Assembly (NCBI GenBank): GCA_963755715.1
Contig: CAVWLW010000027.1
Coordinates: 256,001 to 320,000, forward strand
Direction of reading: 5' to 3'
DNA: 64,000 bases
Source of the DNA: an uncultured delta proteobacterium
GTDB lineage: Bacteria > Desulfobacterota > Binatia > UBA9968
Shown: positions 30,887 through 41,082 of the stretch, piece after piece
Layout of the letters: the number at the start of each line of letters is the position of its first letter
Numbering within the stretch: position 1 is the stretch's first letter
Notes under the pieces: model-generated
Databases searched by the model: none
What the model was told of the DNA's origin: nothing
What the model saw: the letters and a program-made list of their open reading frames with translations, nothing else
Translations under genes and position numbers: made by a program

Positions 30887-32401
30887 ATGAGTTTCTTGAC
30901 CGACGACTCGGACAGTCGTCTCGTGCGCGATTGGGGTCAGCATCGACGTCCGCCCCGCCGCTGGCCGCCGAGATGGGCTTGGTTGGTGCTCGCCGTCTCG
31001 ACAGTGGCTGCGCTCGGCCTCGCGGTCTGGCTCCTGCACGGCTCCCAGGCGTGGCGGCCGCCGAGCGGCATGCCGCGCTTCGTCTCCTGCACCTACGGCG
31101 GCTATGTCGACGGACGGTGCGCCCGCCTGCGCGTTGCGTTGGACCCGCGCAAGCCGCACGGCGCGACGATTTCCCTGCGAATCGCGGTGCTGCCGGCGAC
31201 AAAGCGGCCGGCGGACGGAGCGCTGTTCTACCTCGAGGGCGGCCCGGGCGGTGCCGCGACCGCGTCGGCGATACGCGTGAACGCCTTGTTTGCCGAAGTC
31301 GGGCGAGACCGCGATCTCGTCATGGTCGACCAGCGCGGCACAGGCGGCTCGAGCCGTCTTGCCTGCCCCTACTCGTATGTGCGCGGAGCGGATGCGAAGG
31401 CCGTAACCGATTACCTGCGCCGGTGCTTAGCCCGGCTCGATACAGATCCGCGGCTCTTCACGACGAGCGTCGCCGCAAAAGACCTGGAGACCGTGCGGCG
31501 CGTGCTCGGGTACGGGAAGATCGACCTGTACGGAGGTTCGTACGGCGCGACGCTTGCGCAGGCGTACGTGCGCCGATACCCGGAGTCGGTGCGCAGTGTC
31601 GTCCTCGACAGCGGGTCGCTCCCGGACGTCCGGATCTTCGACGTCTCTGCCCGTAACACAGAACGGGCTCTCGAGGCGCAACTCGCCCGGTGCGCGGCCG
31701 CGCCGTCCTGCAAGCACGCCTACCCCCGCTCGAGGCGGCAGCTCGCCGAATTGCTCGCCCGCCCGCCGCGCCTCGCCAACGCCGCCACGCGCAGGGTGTT
31801 GCTTGGCCCGGACCAAATCGCCTGGACGGTGGAGTGGCTATCCGAGACGGCCGACAACGCCGCGCTCATCCCCTTCGCGGTGAACGCCGCAGCGAAGGGC
31901 GACTACACGACGCTCGCCACAACGTACGCCGACCAACTTGGCGGGTCGAACCTCGATCCGCTCGCCCGGCTCGTGCCCTACTGGGTGATCCTCTGCTCAG
32001 AGCCGTGGGCTGGGTTCGATCCGGGGGCGACGGCGCGTGCCGGGAGGGGGAGCTACTTCGCCCGGGCGGCGATCGCGCGTGCTCGGCTCTTCCGCCGCGC
32101 CTGCCGGGTCGTCCCCAAGGGACGCGTTCCACCCGACGCGGACAGCCTCCGAGTCGTGCGCGCGCCGACTCTGCTGCTGGCCGGCAGCGCAGATCCCCTC
32201 GACCCGACCGCGAACCTTCGGGGCTGGCGCCGGGTCTTTCCAAACGGCCGCCTGATCGTCGTGCCCGGCGCCGGCCATGGCACGATCGAATATGCCTGCG
32301 TCCAGAAGCTCGTCGCGCGCTTCGTCGATCGCGGCAGCCCGAGAGGCCTCAACGCGGAGTGCGGCCGGCACGTCTCGCTACCTCAATTCGTGACGGGTTG
32401 A
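30887..32401 (+). CDS. TAP-like alpha/beta hydrolase (peptidase S33)
   Basis: GGPGG, DQRGTG, GGSYG nucleophile motif, DP, GHG; N-terminal TM. Confidence 0.88.
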   Translation: MSFLTDDSDSRLVRDWGQHRRPPRRWPPRWAWLVLAVSTVAALGLAVWLLHGSQAWRPPSGMPRFVSCTYGGYVDGRCARLRVALDPRKPHGATISLRIAVLPATKRPADGALFYLEGGPGGAATASAIRVNALFAEVGRDRDLVMVDQRGTGGSSRLACPYSYVRGADAKAVTDYLRRCLARLDTDPRLFTTSVAAKDLETVRRVLGYGKIDLYGGSYGATLAQAYVRRYPESVRSVVLDSGSLPDVRIFDVSARNTERALEAQLARCAAAPSCKHAYPRSRRQLAELLARPPRLANAATRRVLLGPDQIAWTVEWLSETADNAALIPFAVNAAAKGDYTTLATTYADQLGGSNLDPLARLVPYWVILCSEPWAGFDPGATARAGRGSYFARAAIARARLFRRACRVVPKGRVPPDADSLRVVRAPTLLLAGSADPLDPTANLRGWRRVFPNGRLIVVPGAGHGTIEYACVQKLVARFVDRGSPRGLNAECGRHVSLPQFVTG

Positions 32402-32514
32402 GCACGCGTCGTACGTCCGGAACCGTGTCACGGATCCGCATTCCATAACGGCTTGCCGATAGCGCGTGGCCCGAAGGCGTACGTGTGCGCCACGTCCGTC
32501 ATCATGAGTCGCGT

Positions 32515-33436
32515 ATGAGCAAGCCGCGCATCTTCCTCGGGTCGTCGGGCAAGCAGGCGAAGCTGCTCCAGGCGATCACGCGCGGGCTCGCGGACGTCGC
32601 CGACGTCGAGCCCTGGACGACCACGTTCAACCCGGGGCGATCGACCCTCGACCGGCTGGTCGAGCTCTCCCAGGAGGTCGATTTCGCCGCCTTCGTCTTT
32701 GCCCAGGACGACTGGACGGCGACGGATGCATCCCCGTCCGGCGAGGCGGCGCCGCGGGACAACGTGGTGTTCGAGGCCGGGCTGTTCGGCGGGGCACTCG
32801 GCATCCGGCGCACGTTCATCCTCCACGCGAACGGGTCGAAGCTGCCGACTGACCTGCTCGGGCTGACCTCCGTCCGCTACGACCCGGCCACCAGCGCCGC
32901 GGAGGTTCGCGCCGATCAACCAGAAGCTCCGCAAGGCGATCGAAACCGAGGGTCGCCGCGGCCCGGTCGAGGGGCTGTGGTGGCAGCTCTCGCTCACCGT
33001 GCGGACCGAGGAAGAACCGTCGGCGGTGAGCCTGCTGAGCATCTCGCGCGACCGCGACGGTGACCTGAACGTGAACGGCCGGGGCTGGCAGGAGGACGGC
33101 ATGCTGTCGGTCCGCTACTGGAGCGTGGCTGCGAAGGAGCGCAGGGATCCCGCCGGCGTCTTCTACTACTGGAACGGCGAGCGCCCTCGGCATCCGAACG
33201 CCCCGCAGCTCGAGGGCACGGGGGAGATCAGAGTGGAGAGCGTCGACCGCGCCACGGGGTTCTGGACCACGCGGTCGGATCGCGAGCCCGGGCTGAATGC
33301 CCGCACCTCCGGCGTCTACCTTCGAGCCGACCCGTCAGACCTCCAGGTGCTGGACAGCGGGAGCGCGGAGGAGCGGGCCGACCTCATCGCGCAGCGGCTC
33401 GGCGAGTGGAAGTCGGCCGCGAACGACATGTTCTGA
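32515..33436 (+). CDS. Cap12/Pycsar-type TIR domain fused to a beta-rich C-terminal domain (frameshift near 32912)
   Basis: KPRIFLGSS, DFAAFVFAQDD, PRDNVVFEAGLFGG.LG..R, LPTDLLG; second frame continues INQKLRKAIE...VEGLWWQ. Confidence 0.85.
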
Positions 33437-33449
33437 AGTCTGGGTGACG

Positions 33450-33881
33450 CTACCGGCGTTCTCCCGCTGAGGGCTCGGAAATCGCTTCGACGAGCTGAGC
33501 GGTCTTGTCGTTGTCCTTGAGGGCGATGTCGGCCTGGGCGACGATGCCGACGAGCCTGCCGTTCTCGACCACGGGCAGCCGCCGAACCTGGTGGCGGGCC
33601 ATGAGTTGGAGCGCTTCATCGAGATCCTCGTCGGGCTCAACGCTGACGAGGTCCCGGGAGTAGACGTCCTCGACCGACATCGACGTGGGATCCGCGGCCT
33701 CGGCGACCACTCTCGTCGTGATGTCTCGGTCGGTGATCATCCCGACGAGCTTCTCGTCGTCGGTTATCGGGAGCGAGCCGATGTCTTCCTCTCGCATCAG
33801 TCGCGCGGCCTCGACCACCGAGGTCGATGCGCCGATCGAACGGGGATTCTCGGTCATTGCGTCGCGCACGCTCTTAGCCAT
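33450..33881 (-). CDS. CBS domain pair protein
   Basis: VRDAMT, IGSLPI, GMITDRDI, VRRLPVV, GIVAQAD. Confidence 0.92.
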   Translation of the reverse strand: MAKSVRDAMTENPRSIGASTSVVEAARLMREEDIGSLPITDDEKLVGMITDRDITTRVVAEAADPTSMSVEDVYSRDLVSVEPDEDLDEALQLMARHQVRRLPVVENGRLVGIVAQADIALKDNDKTAQLVEAISEPSAGERR

Positions 33882-33922
33882 CGTGCCTCCTCTTCCTTTT
33901 GAATGCGATCGGAAAGCCTAGG

Positions 33923-35509
33923 TCACGAATCGGGATTGGCACCCTGGATGATGATGTTGCTGCCGGGGCCACCGTCGAGCGTGTCGGTACCCGGACCCCC
34001 GATCAGCACGTCGTCGCCGTTGCCGCCGAGGATGACATCGTTGCCGTCGCCGCCGAGGAGCACGTCGTCGCCGTCGCCGCCGTCGAGCGTGAGCAGCATG
34101 GCAGTGGCGACCACGCTGGTCCCGTCGACGACGTCGTCCCCCGCCTGCCCGTTCACTCTCAGCCGGTCGCTGCCGGCGGTGCCGCCGGACACCGAGACGA
34201 GCGCGGCGAGCCCGGCGACCTGCGTGGTGGCCGGTGTGCCCGCGACGGTCGCTACGTCGTCGCCGGCCGTCCCGTTGACGATCACGTTGTCGGCCGCTGC
34301 GTCATCGCCGCCCACGGCCGAGGCGAGGTTGGCGTTCACGTTCGTCACGTCCGTTCCCGAAAGATCGCCGACGCTGACGATGTCTGCACCGCCGAGCAAC
34401 TTCGCGCTGACGGTCTCGACATCGTTGATGTCCATGAGCGTGTTGTTGACGTTGCGCGTCACGCGAACGCGCGGGCCGTTGGCCGAGACGGCAACGGTCT
34501 CGTTCGAGTTGCTGGCGTTGAAGATCAGAGTGTCGAAGTCGTCCTGCCCCTCGACGGTGTCGTTGCCGTCGCCCGGATCCCACTGGAAACTGTCGTCGCC
34601 CGTGCCCAGGAACGCGGTGTCGTTGCCCTTCTGGCCGTCGACGAAGTCGTCTCCGTCGCCACCAAGCAGCGTGTCGGCGCCGTTGCTGCCGGAAATCGTG
34701 TCGTTCCCGATTCCGCCGTCGACCGTGATCTGAATCAACGCCGCCAGGTTTCCGCTGGCCGAGAAGAAGTCGTCGCCGCCGTTCATGTTGAGGACGAGTT
34801 TCTCGCTCGTACCGATATCGATGCTGAAGGGCGCCGGGGTGACGCGGTCGAAACGGACGCGAGTGCCGTTCGCAGTGGTGGTGAAGACTTCCATCCCGTT
34901 CCCTCCGTTCACCTCGACCGTGTCGACGACGTCGCCGCCTTCGTTCAGGTCGGTGTCGTCGCCGGGGTTCCAGATCATCCGGTCGCTGCCGCCCTGGCCG
35001 AAGACCTGGTCGTCGGCATCACCGCCTACGAGCGTGTCGTTCTCGCTGCCGCCGAAAAGCATGTCGAAGCCGCCCTTGCCGAGGAGTGTGTCATTCCCGC
35101 CCTCGCCGTAGAGCAGGTCGTTCCCCGAGCCGCCGGTAAGCGTGTCGTTGTTGGCGCCGCCGAACAGGCGCGCCTGCGGCAGCGCCCCGTTGACCTCGCT
35201 CAGCGTGATCACGTCGTCGCCGGCGAGCCCGAAGACCTGGACCCTGATGGTGTTGGCCACGGTCGGCGTCCCTCCGGTCACCGGGATCGCCCCGCCGTTC
35301 ACCAGGATTCTTCCCGCGGCATCGCGGCTGAGAACGATCGAGTTGCCGGCGCTGTCGCCGGTCACGGTCAGGATTCCGGAGCTGAATGTGGCTGTCGTAG
35401 CCGCGCTCGCTGAAGCGGCCGTCCCGAGAAACACGGCGGCGCCGAGCGCGACGCCCACGAGCAAACGCCGTCCCGCCCGTCGCGGGACGCTGTTCCGTCC
35501 GTTCTTCAT
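33923..35509 (-). CDS. Secreted hemolysin-type (RTX-repeat) calcium-binding protein
   Basis: Signal peptide plus many GGxGxDxL nonapeptides. Confidence 0.88.
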   Translation of the reverse strand: MKNGRNSVPRRAGRRLLVGVALGAAVFLGTAASASAATTATFSSGILTVTGDSAGNSIVLSRDAAGRILVNGGAIPVTGGTPTVANTIRVQVFGLAGDDVITLSEVNGALPQARLFGGANNDTLTGGSGNDLLYGEGGNDTLLGKGGFDMLFGGSENDTLVGGDADDQVFGQGGSDRMIWNPGDDTDLNEGGDVVDTVEVNGGNGMEVFTTTANGTRVRFDRVTPAPFSIDIGTSEKLVLNMNGGDDFFSASGNLAALIQITVDGGIGNDTISGSNGADTLLGGDGDDFVDGQKGNDTAFLGTGDDSFQWDPGDGNDTVEGQDDFDTLIFNASNSNETVAVSANGPRVRVTRNVNNTLMDINDVETVSAKLLGGADIVSVGDLSGTDVTNVNANLASAVGGDDAAADNVIVNGTAGDDVATVAGTPATTQVAGLAALVSVSGGTAGSDRLRVNGQAGDDVVDGTSVVATAMLLTLDGGDGDDVLLGGDGNDVILGGNGDDVLIGGPGTDTLDGGPGSNIIIQGANPDS

Positions 35510-35520
35510 CGTGCGTCCTC

Positions 35521-36945
35521 CTAGCGGTGAGCCGGGGTCAGTGAAGCCAAGTCTGGCCCTCCCGAGCACGTGCCGTCAAGACCCAGCTCAATTCTCGGCG
35601 GCGAAGCGGTCGTGCGCCTAAAGAAGGCCCACGCGACGAGCGCGCCGCAGGCGTAGCCGGTCGCTGACGCCGCGGCGGCACCCGCGGCGCCGAACGCGAT
35701 GACGAGTGGGACGGCCGCGGCGAGCGTGACGAGCATCGCAACGCCGCCGGCAGCGAGCGACAAGCCGGCGCGCCCACGCCGCACGGAGAGGTAGACGACG
35801 AAGACCTGGACCGGCGCATAGGCGACGGCGCCTGGCAGGAGCAAAAGGAGCGGGGTCGCCGCGTTCCTGAAGTCGCCTCCAAGCGTTGCGGGGATCACGA
35901 ACGGGGCCGCGACCGCGACCGCGCCTGCCGCGAGGCCCGTGTAGAGCAGGCTCCTCAGGAGCGACCGTTTGACGAGCGCGACCGCCTCGCGCTCGCCGGC
36001 CCGCACGACCGGAGCCGTGATCGCCGTCGCCATCGCGGCCGAAATCAGCCACATCGACTCGGCTGTCTGGTTCGCGATCGAGTACACGCCGACCGCAGCG
36101 ACGCCCTTGATCGCCTCGAGCACGAAGAGCTCGATCCGGTACCCGATGAGCGCGATCACCTGGAGCGCTCCCATTGTCAGCGCAAGGCGGATTAGTCCCT
36201 GTGACACCGAGTCGAGGAGTCGCGCGAAGCGGAACGGCCGCCATATGTCACGCGTCAAGACGAGTGCGAGTAGAGCCGTCACGACGTGCGCGCACGTCCA
36301 AGCGGCCAGGGCTGCGCGCACGCCTCCGCCCAGCCCGACGACGAGGACCAGCGTGCCGATGACGGTCAGCAGCGGCGATGCGAGCTGGACGTAATTCCAC
36401 GCGCGAATTCGGCCGAGCCCGAGCAGGATTCCGGAGGCCGTCTGCCACGTCACGTTGGGAACGAGACCGACCGCCGCCACTGCCGCGGTCGCCGCGCCTA
36501 CGGACGGTGTGAGAGCGCCGATGCCGACGATCAGCACGCCGCCGGCGACTCCGAGAACGACAGCGAGCCCGAACGCGCGCTGTGTGAGCGAGTGCAACTC
36601 GCGCGGCTCGTCCCACTCCGTGTGGCCCATGCGATTCGCGACCGCGACTCCGAGCTGGCTGAGGAGCCTCGAAAAGATCGACACCGTGAGGACGGCGAGC
36701 ACGAACGTGCCGCGCCCCTCGGCCTCGAGGAAGCGACTCTGGAGGACCACGAGGAACAGCGCGAGGGGCGTCGAGAGTCCGCGGAAGAGCAGGATCTCCA
36801 CGACGTTCGCGCCGGTCTTGCGGGCTTGAGGGACCTGCTTCGCCCGCACCAACTCGGGATTGACAGGCGGCGTCGCAGACGCGGCGGCCTCGTTCGAGGT
36901 CGCGTCCGTCGCGAGCGGGACGGTCGCAGGCCCGAGCGGTCTCAC
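35521..36945 (-). CDS. Polysaccharide flippase (Wzx/MOP superfamily)
   Basis: Multi-TM; EGRGTF, VGVYSIA, LLLPG; start uncertain. Confidence 0.75.
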   Translation of the reverse strand: MRPLGPATVPLATDATSNEAAASATPPVNPELVRAKQVPQARKTGANVVEILLFRGLSTPLALFLVVLQSRFLEAEGRGTFVLAVLTVSIFSRLLSQLGVAVANRMGHTEWDEPRELHSLTQRAFGLAVVLGVAGGVLIVGIGALTPSVGAATAAVAAVGLVPNVTWQTASGILLGLGRIRAWNYVQLASPLLTVIGTLVLVVGLGGGVRAALAAWTCAHVVTALLALVLTRDIWRPFRFARLLDSVSQGLIRLALTMGALQVIALIGYRIELFVLEAIKGVAAVGVYSIANQTAESMWLISAAMATAITAPVVRAGEREAVALVKRSLLRSLLYTGLAAGAVAVAAPFVIPATLGGDFRNAATPLLLLLPGAVAYAPVQVFVVYLSVRRGRAGLSLAAGGVAMLVTLAAAVPLVIAFGAAGAAAASATGYACGALVAWAFFRRTTASPPRIELGLDGTCSGGPDLASLTPAHR

Positions 36946-37068
36946 GCGCGCAAACTATGGCCCGCCCAGGCAGCACGTGCACGAAGTAGAACGCGTCGTC
37001 GAGTACGAGCTCGAAACGGGGCGAGCCTATAGGCTTCGCGCGGCGCCCCACTCGGAGGGAGATGCGGT

Positions 37069-37815
37069 ATGGCGACGTCGGATATGGCAGGTCAGGTCGC
37101 CCTCGTCACGGGTGGAATTCGGGGGATCGGCCTTTCCATCTGCGCGCGGCTGATCGGGCGAGGCGTACGTGTCGCCGCGGGTTACTCGCGCAATGAGGAA
37201 TCGGCGAGGATGTTCCTCGACACCCACGGCGATACGGGCGCGACAGTCCACCAGGGCAATATCGGCGTCTACGAGGACTGCGAGCGCGTCGTCCGCGAGG
37301 TGATCGAGCAGCACGGCCGGCTCGACATCCTGGTCAACAACGCCGGGATCACGATGGACAAGACCGTCCGCAAGATGGCACCCGAGGAGTGGAGTCACGT
37401 GATCGAGGTCAACCTCAACGGCGCCTTCTACATGTCCCGGTCCGTGCTCTCGCAGATGATCGACCAGGGCTACGGTCGCATCATCCACATCAGCTCGGTG
37501 ATCGGTGAGACCGGGAGCATCGGGCAGGCGAACTACGCGGCGGCAAAGTCAGGTCTATTCGGCTTCACGATGAGCCTCGCACTCGAATGCGCGAACAAGG
37601 GCATCACCGTCAACTGCGTGGCACCCGGCTTCATCAAGACTGCGATGGTCGCCGCCGTACCCAAGGACCTGCTCGACCGAGTCATCGCGCAGATTCCGAC
37701 CGGTCGGCTCGGGGAGCCGGACGAGGTGGCGCGCGTGGTCGAGTTTCTCGCCGATCCCGAGTCGAGCTACATCACCGGCCAGGCATACTCGGTCAACGGT
37801 GGACTGAACATGTGA
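37069..37815 (+). CDS. phaB: Acetoacetyl-CoA reductase
   Basis: VTGGIRGIG, NNAGIT.D, GQANYAAAK, SVNGGL; adjacent to phaC. Confidence 0.85.
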   Translation: MATSDMAGQVALVTGGIRGIGLSICARLIGRGVRVAAGYSRNEESARMFLDTHGDTGATVHQGNIGVYEDCERVVREVIEQHGRLDILVNNAGITMDKTVRKMAPEEWSHVIEVNLNGAFYMSRSVLSQMIDQGYGRIIHISSVIGETGSIGQANYAAAKSGLFGFTMSLALECANKGITVNCVAPGFIKTAMVAAVPKDLLDRVIAQIPTGRLGEPDEVARVVEFLADPESSYITGQAYSVNGGLNM

Positions 37816-37878
37816 CACTTCGCCTCGCCTCACGCCGGCGATCGCGAACCTGCGAGCGACGTCAAGGAGGCGAGAGCC

Positions 37879-38364
37879 ACGACACGAGAGCCGATCGAGA
37901 AAAATAGCCTGGCGGGCACCGTCGTCGACATCGGCGACCTGGCGAGCCTCGCCGGCCGCCACCTAGGCACGAGCAGCTGGCACGTGATCACCCAGGATCA
38001 GGTCGACCGCTTCGCGGAGGCGACCGGTGACCGCCAGTGGATCCACGTCGACCGCCAGCGTGCGATGACGGGACCGTTCGAGGGCACGATCGCCCACGGC
38101 TACCTGACGCTCTCGCTCGGGCCCGCCCTGCTCGACGAGGTGATCAACGTCGTCGGGGCTACGCGGATCATCAACTACGGTCTCAACAAGGTGCGTTTCC
38201 CGGCGCCGGTCATGACCGGTTCGCGCGTTCGGCTCGGAGCGGGACTGCGCGAGGTGGACGAGGTCCCCGGCGGACTGCAGGCGGCGTTCGAGCTCACGTT
38301 CGCCACCGAGGGGCGGGAGAAGCCGGCCTGCTACGCCGAAGCCCTCTTCCGCTACTACAGGTGA
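37879..38364 (+). CDS. MaoC-like (R)-specific enoyl-CoA hydratase (PhaJ-like)
   Basis: FAEATGDRQWIHVD, TIAHGYLTLSL, NYGLNKVRFPAPV; frame open to ACG 8 nt after AAGGAGG. Confidence 0.85.
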   Translation, partial: TTREPIEKNSLAGTVVDIGDLASLAGRHLGTSSWHVITQDQVDRFAEATGDRQWIHVDRQRAMTGPFEGTIAHGYLTLSLGPALLDEVINVVGATRIINYGLNKVRFPAPVMTGSRVRLGAGLREVDEVPGGLQAAFELTFATEGREKPACYAEALFRYYR

Positions 38365-40101
38365 GCGACCGAAGCGAGACCACGACGAACGGTGCGGCGC
38401 AGGCGGCTGCGGCCGAGGCTGCGGAGGCGCTCGAGCCGGAGGCGGACCTCTTCGATCTCCTCGACCCGATGGCCTTCGGCCAGGCGCTGGCGCAGGTCGG
38501 CGCCGGTCTCGCCCTCCACCCGCTCGAAGCCTTTCGCGCCGGTACGCGCTTTGCGAGCGGCCTGGTCGAGGCGGGCGCGGCCGTTGCGGTTCGGGCGCTC
38601 GGCGGCGACGCTGCGGGGCCCGTCGCTCCCGCCGCCAAGGACCGCCGGTTCACCGACCCCACGTGGCAGGAGAATCCCGTCTACTTCGGGCTGATGGAGG
38701 CCTATCTCCTGTCCGCGCGACTCGCACATGAGCTCGTCGAAGCCGCCGACCTCGAAGAGCCGGCGGCGGGAAAGGCGCAGTTCGCAGCCGAGCTCTTCGT
38801 CGACGCCCTCGCACCCGGCAACTACCTCTGGGGCAATCCCGCCGCGATCAAGCGAGCGTTCGAGACCGGCGGGATGAGCCTGACCAGCGGGTTCCGCAAC
38901 TTCCTCGAAGATCTGTCCGAGAACGGGGGAATGCCGAGCCAGGTCGATCTTTCGGCGTTTGCGGTGGGAGAGAACCTGGCGGCGACGCCAGGGGAAGTCG
39001 TCTTCCGCAACGAGTTGATGGAGTTGATCCAGTACGCGCCGCAGACGGAGTCGGTCTTCGAGATCCCGCTGCTCTGCAGCCCGCCGTGGATCAACAAGTA
39101 CTACATCATGGATCTCGCCCCCGGGCGGAGCTTCATCGAGTGGGCGGTCAAGCACGGTCACACGGTCTTCGCGATCAGTTACCGCAACCCCGATGAGTCC
39201 CTGGGGCGGCGTTTCTCTGGATGACTACCTGCTGCGCGGGCCCGACACGGCGCTCTCGGTCGTGGAGGAGATCACGGGTGCGCCCCAGGTGAACGTCGCC
39301 GGGCTCTGCATCGGCGGGACGCTCACGGCGATGCTCCTGGCCCAGTTCGCCGGCGCAGGCGCCGACAGCGGTTCGCTCCGCGACGCTCCTGAACACCCTG
39401 GTCGACTTCAGCGAGCCAGGCCCACTCGGCGCGTTCGCGGACGCGAAGGCGGTGTCAGGCCTGGCGCGGAAGATGGAGCGGAGGGGTTACCTCGACGGTG
39501 CGGAGATCGCCCGGACCTTCAACGTCCTCCGCGCGAACGATCTGATCTGGAGCTATGTCGGGAGCAACTGGCTGATGGGCGAGCAGCCCCCCGCGTTCGA
39601 CATCCTCGCGTGGAACGCCGACAGCACCAGGCTTCCTGCGGCCCTCCACTCCTTCTACCTCCGCTCGTGCTACGTCGACAACGAGCTTCGCACGCGGGGA
39701 GCTCGAGCTGGACGGAACGCGGCTCGACCCGGCCGCGGTCACGCCCGACCTGTACGTGCTGGCGGCGAAGGATGACCACATCGCGCCGTGGCGTTCGAGC
39801 TTCGAGGCGGTGCGTCTCTTCTCGGGCAGCGACGTCCGCTTCGTCCTGACGCTCGTCCGGCCACATCGCCGGAATCGTGAACCCGCCGAGCGCCAAGAGC
39901 TCGCACTGGACTGACGGGAAGCCGGCGGCGGATCCGGAGAGCTGGCTCGCGAGCGCGACTCGACATGAAGGATCCTGGTGGGAGGACTGGGCCACGTGGG
40001 CCGAAGCCCATGCCGGAGGCCGGCGCGAGGCTCCTCCGATGGGCAGCGAGGCGCATCCCGTGCTCGGCGAGGCGCCCGGCACGTACGTCCACGAGAAGTA
40101 G
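38361..40101 (+). CDS. phaC: Polyhydroxyalkanoate synthase, class I/II-like (several frameshifts)
   Basis: DRRF.DPTW, ATPGEVVFRN, PPWINKYYIMDL, lipase box GLCIGG, WNAD, DHIAPW, GHIAG, GSWW.DW, APGTYV. Confidence 0.92.
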
Positions 40102-40104
40102 GTC

Positions 40105-40151
40105 GGTTTGCGATAGTACGCGGTTGGGTACTATACTTATCAGAGTAAGCA
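40105..40151 (+). promoter_or_regulatory. SigF/SigB-like promoter plus candidate operator upstream of the phasin-like gene
   Basis: GGTTT-N16-GGGTAC (40105-40131); imperfect palindrome TACTTA-N6-TAAGCA (40134-40151). Confidence 0.45.
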
Positions 40152-40167
40152 AACCTCAGGAGGAATC

Positions 40168-40485
40168 ATGACCACCACCACCACCACATCGAACGATTTC
40201 ATGCGGACCGCGCAGGACGCGACCCTGGACGCCGTTCAGAAGAGCCAGGAGACCGTGGTCGAAGCGGTACGGGTCTGGGCGAAGGCCGTCGAGAAGGCTG
40301 TTCCGACCATGCCCGTCTCCGCTAGCAAGGAGCTGCCGACCGCCGGAGAGCTCGTCGAGTCCTCGTTCCAGTTCGCAGAGCGTCTGCTGAACGCTCAGCA
40401 TGAGTTCGCCCGCCAGGTTCTCAAGGCGGCCGCACCGGTGATCGAGAAGACCACCCCGAAGGCGACGAAGGCGACCTCCGCCTGA
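40168..40485 (+). CDS. Putative phasin-like granule-associated protein
   Basis: 105 aa amphipathic helical protein with Ala/Lys/Thr-rich tail, AGGAGG RBS, next to phaC. Confidence 0.6.
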   Translation: MTTTTTTSNDFMRTAQDATLDAVQKSQETVVEAVRVWAKAVEKAVPTMPVSASKELPTAGELVESSFQFAERLLNAQHEFARQVLKAAAPVIEKTTPKATKATSA

Positions 40486-40530
40486 GCTGGCGCTTTAGCC
40501 GGGAGGGTCACGCCCTCCCGGCAGCTAGCC

Positions 40531-40959
40531 GTGGGTGACTCGAAGATGGAGGACGCTTGGAAGGGGCAGATGGAGGCGCTCGGCGAGTTCATCCGCACAC
40601 AGCGGAGTCTCGCCCGGCTGTCGCTGCGCGAGCTGGCCGGCTTGACCGATCTCTCGAACGCATACCTGAGTCAGGTGGAGCGCGGTCTTCACGAGCCGTC
40701 GGTCCGCGTCCTGAAAGCGATCGCCGAGGCCCTCGATCTCTCCTCGGCGACTCTGCTCGCCCAGGCCGGTCTTCTCCGCGACGACGAGCCGCGGCCAGAG
40801 GGCGCCTCTGTCGAGCGGACGGAGGCAACGATTCGCGCGGATCCGACGCTGAGCGAGGATCAGAAAGAGGCGCTCCTGGCCGTATATCGGAGCTACTCGA
40901 CGCGGCGGCGGCTCCGAGTAGACCGTCCACAGGGCACCAACACGCGAGTCCGGCGCTGA
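40531..40959 (+). CDS. XRE-family HTH regulator (Rv0474-like)
   Basis: LGEFIR.QR...LSLRELA...SNAYLSQVERG..EPS, AI.ADP.L...QK.ALL.VY.S. Confidence 0.88.
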   Translation: MGDSKMEDAWKGQMEALGEFIRTQRSLARLSLRELAGLTDLSNAYLSQVERGLHEPSVRVLKAIAEALDLSSATLLAQAGLLRDDEPRPEGASVERTEATIRADPTLSEDQKEALLAVYRSYSTRRRLRVDRPQGTNTRVRR

Positions 40960-41036
40960 CCTTCGTCTTGTCGGGATGCGCTCGGCCCGCGGCAAGCCGA
41001 CAAATGAAAACCCACCGGTTCCAGCGGGTTTCAGAG

Positions 41037-41082
41037 CGGGAGCGACGGGACTCGAACCCGCGACCTCCGGCGTGACAGGCCG
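41037..41082 (-). repeat. att-like duplication of the tRNA-Asp 3' half
   Basis: 46 bp identical to 44677-44722. Confidence 0.92.

Noticed and set aside
17306-33436. Class III cyclase plus TIR effector as a Pycsar-like system
   Set aside because: They are 14 kb apart and on opposite sides of the probable chimeric junction; the cyclase is a receiver-fused signalling type.
33923-35509. RTX toxin with type I secretion
   Set aside because: Only Ca-binding repeats and a signal peptide are present, with no toxin domain or T1SS genes; such proteins are ordinary secreted proteins in actinobacteria.
41037-41082. Second functional tRNA-Asp
   Set aside because: Only the 3' 46 nt are present; the 5' acceptor strand and D-arm are missing.
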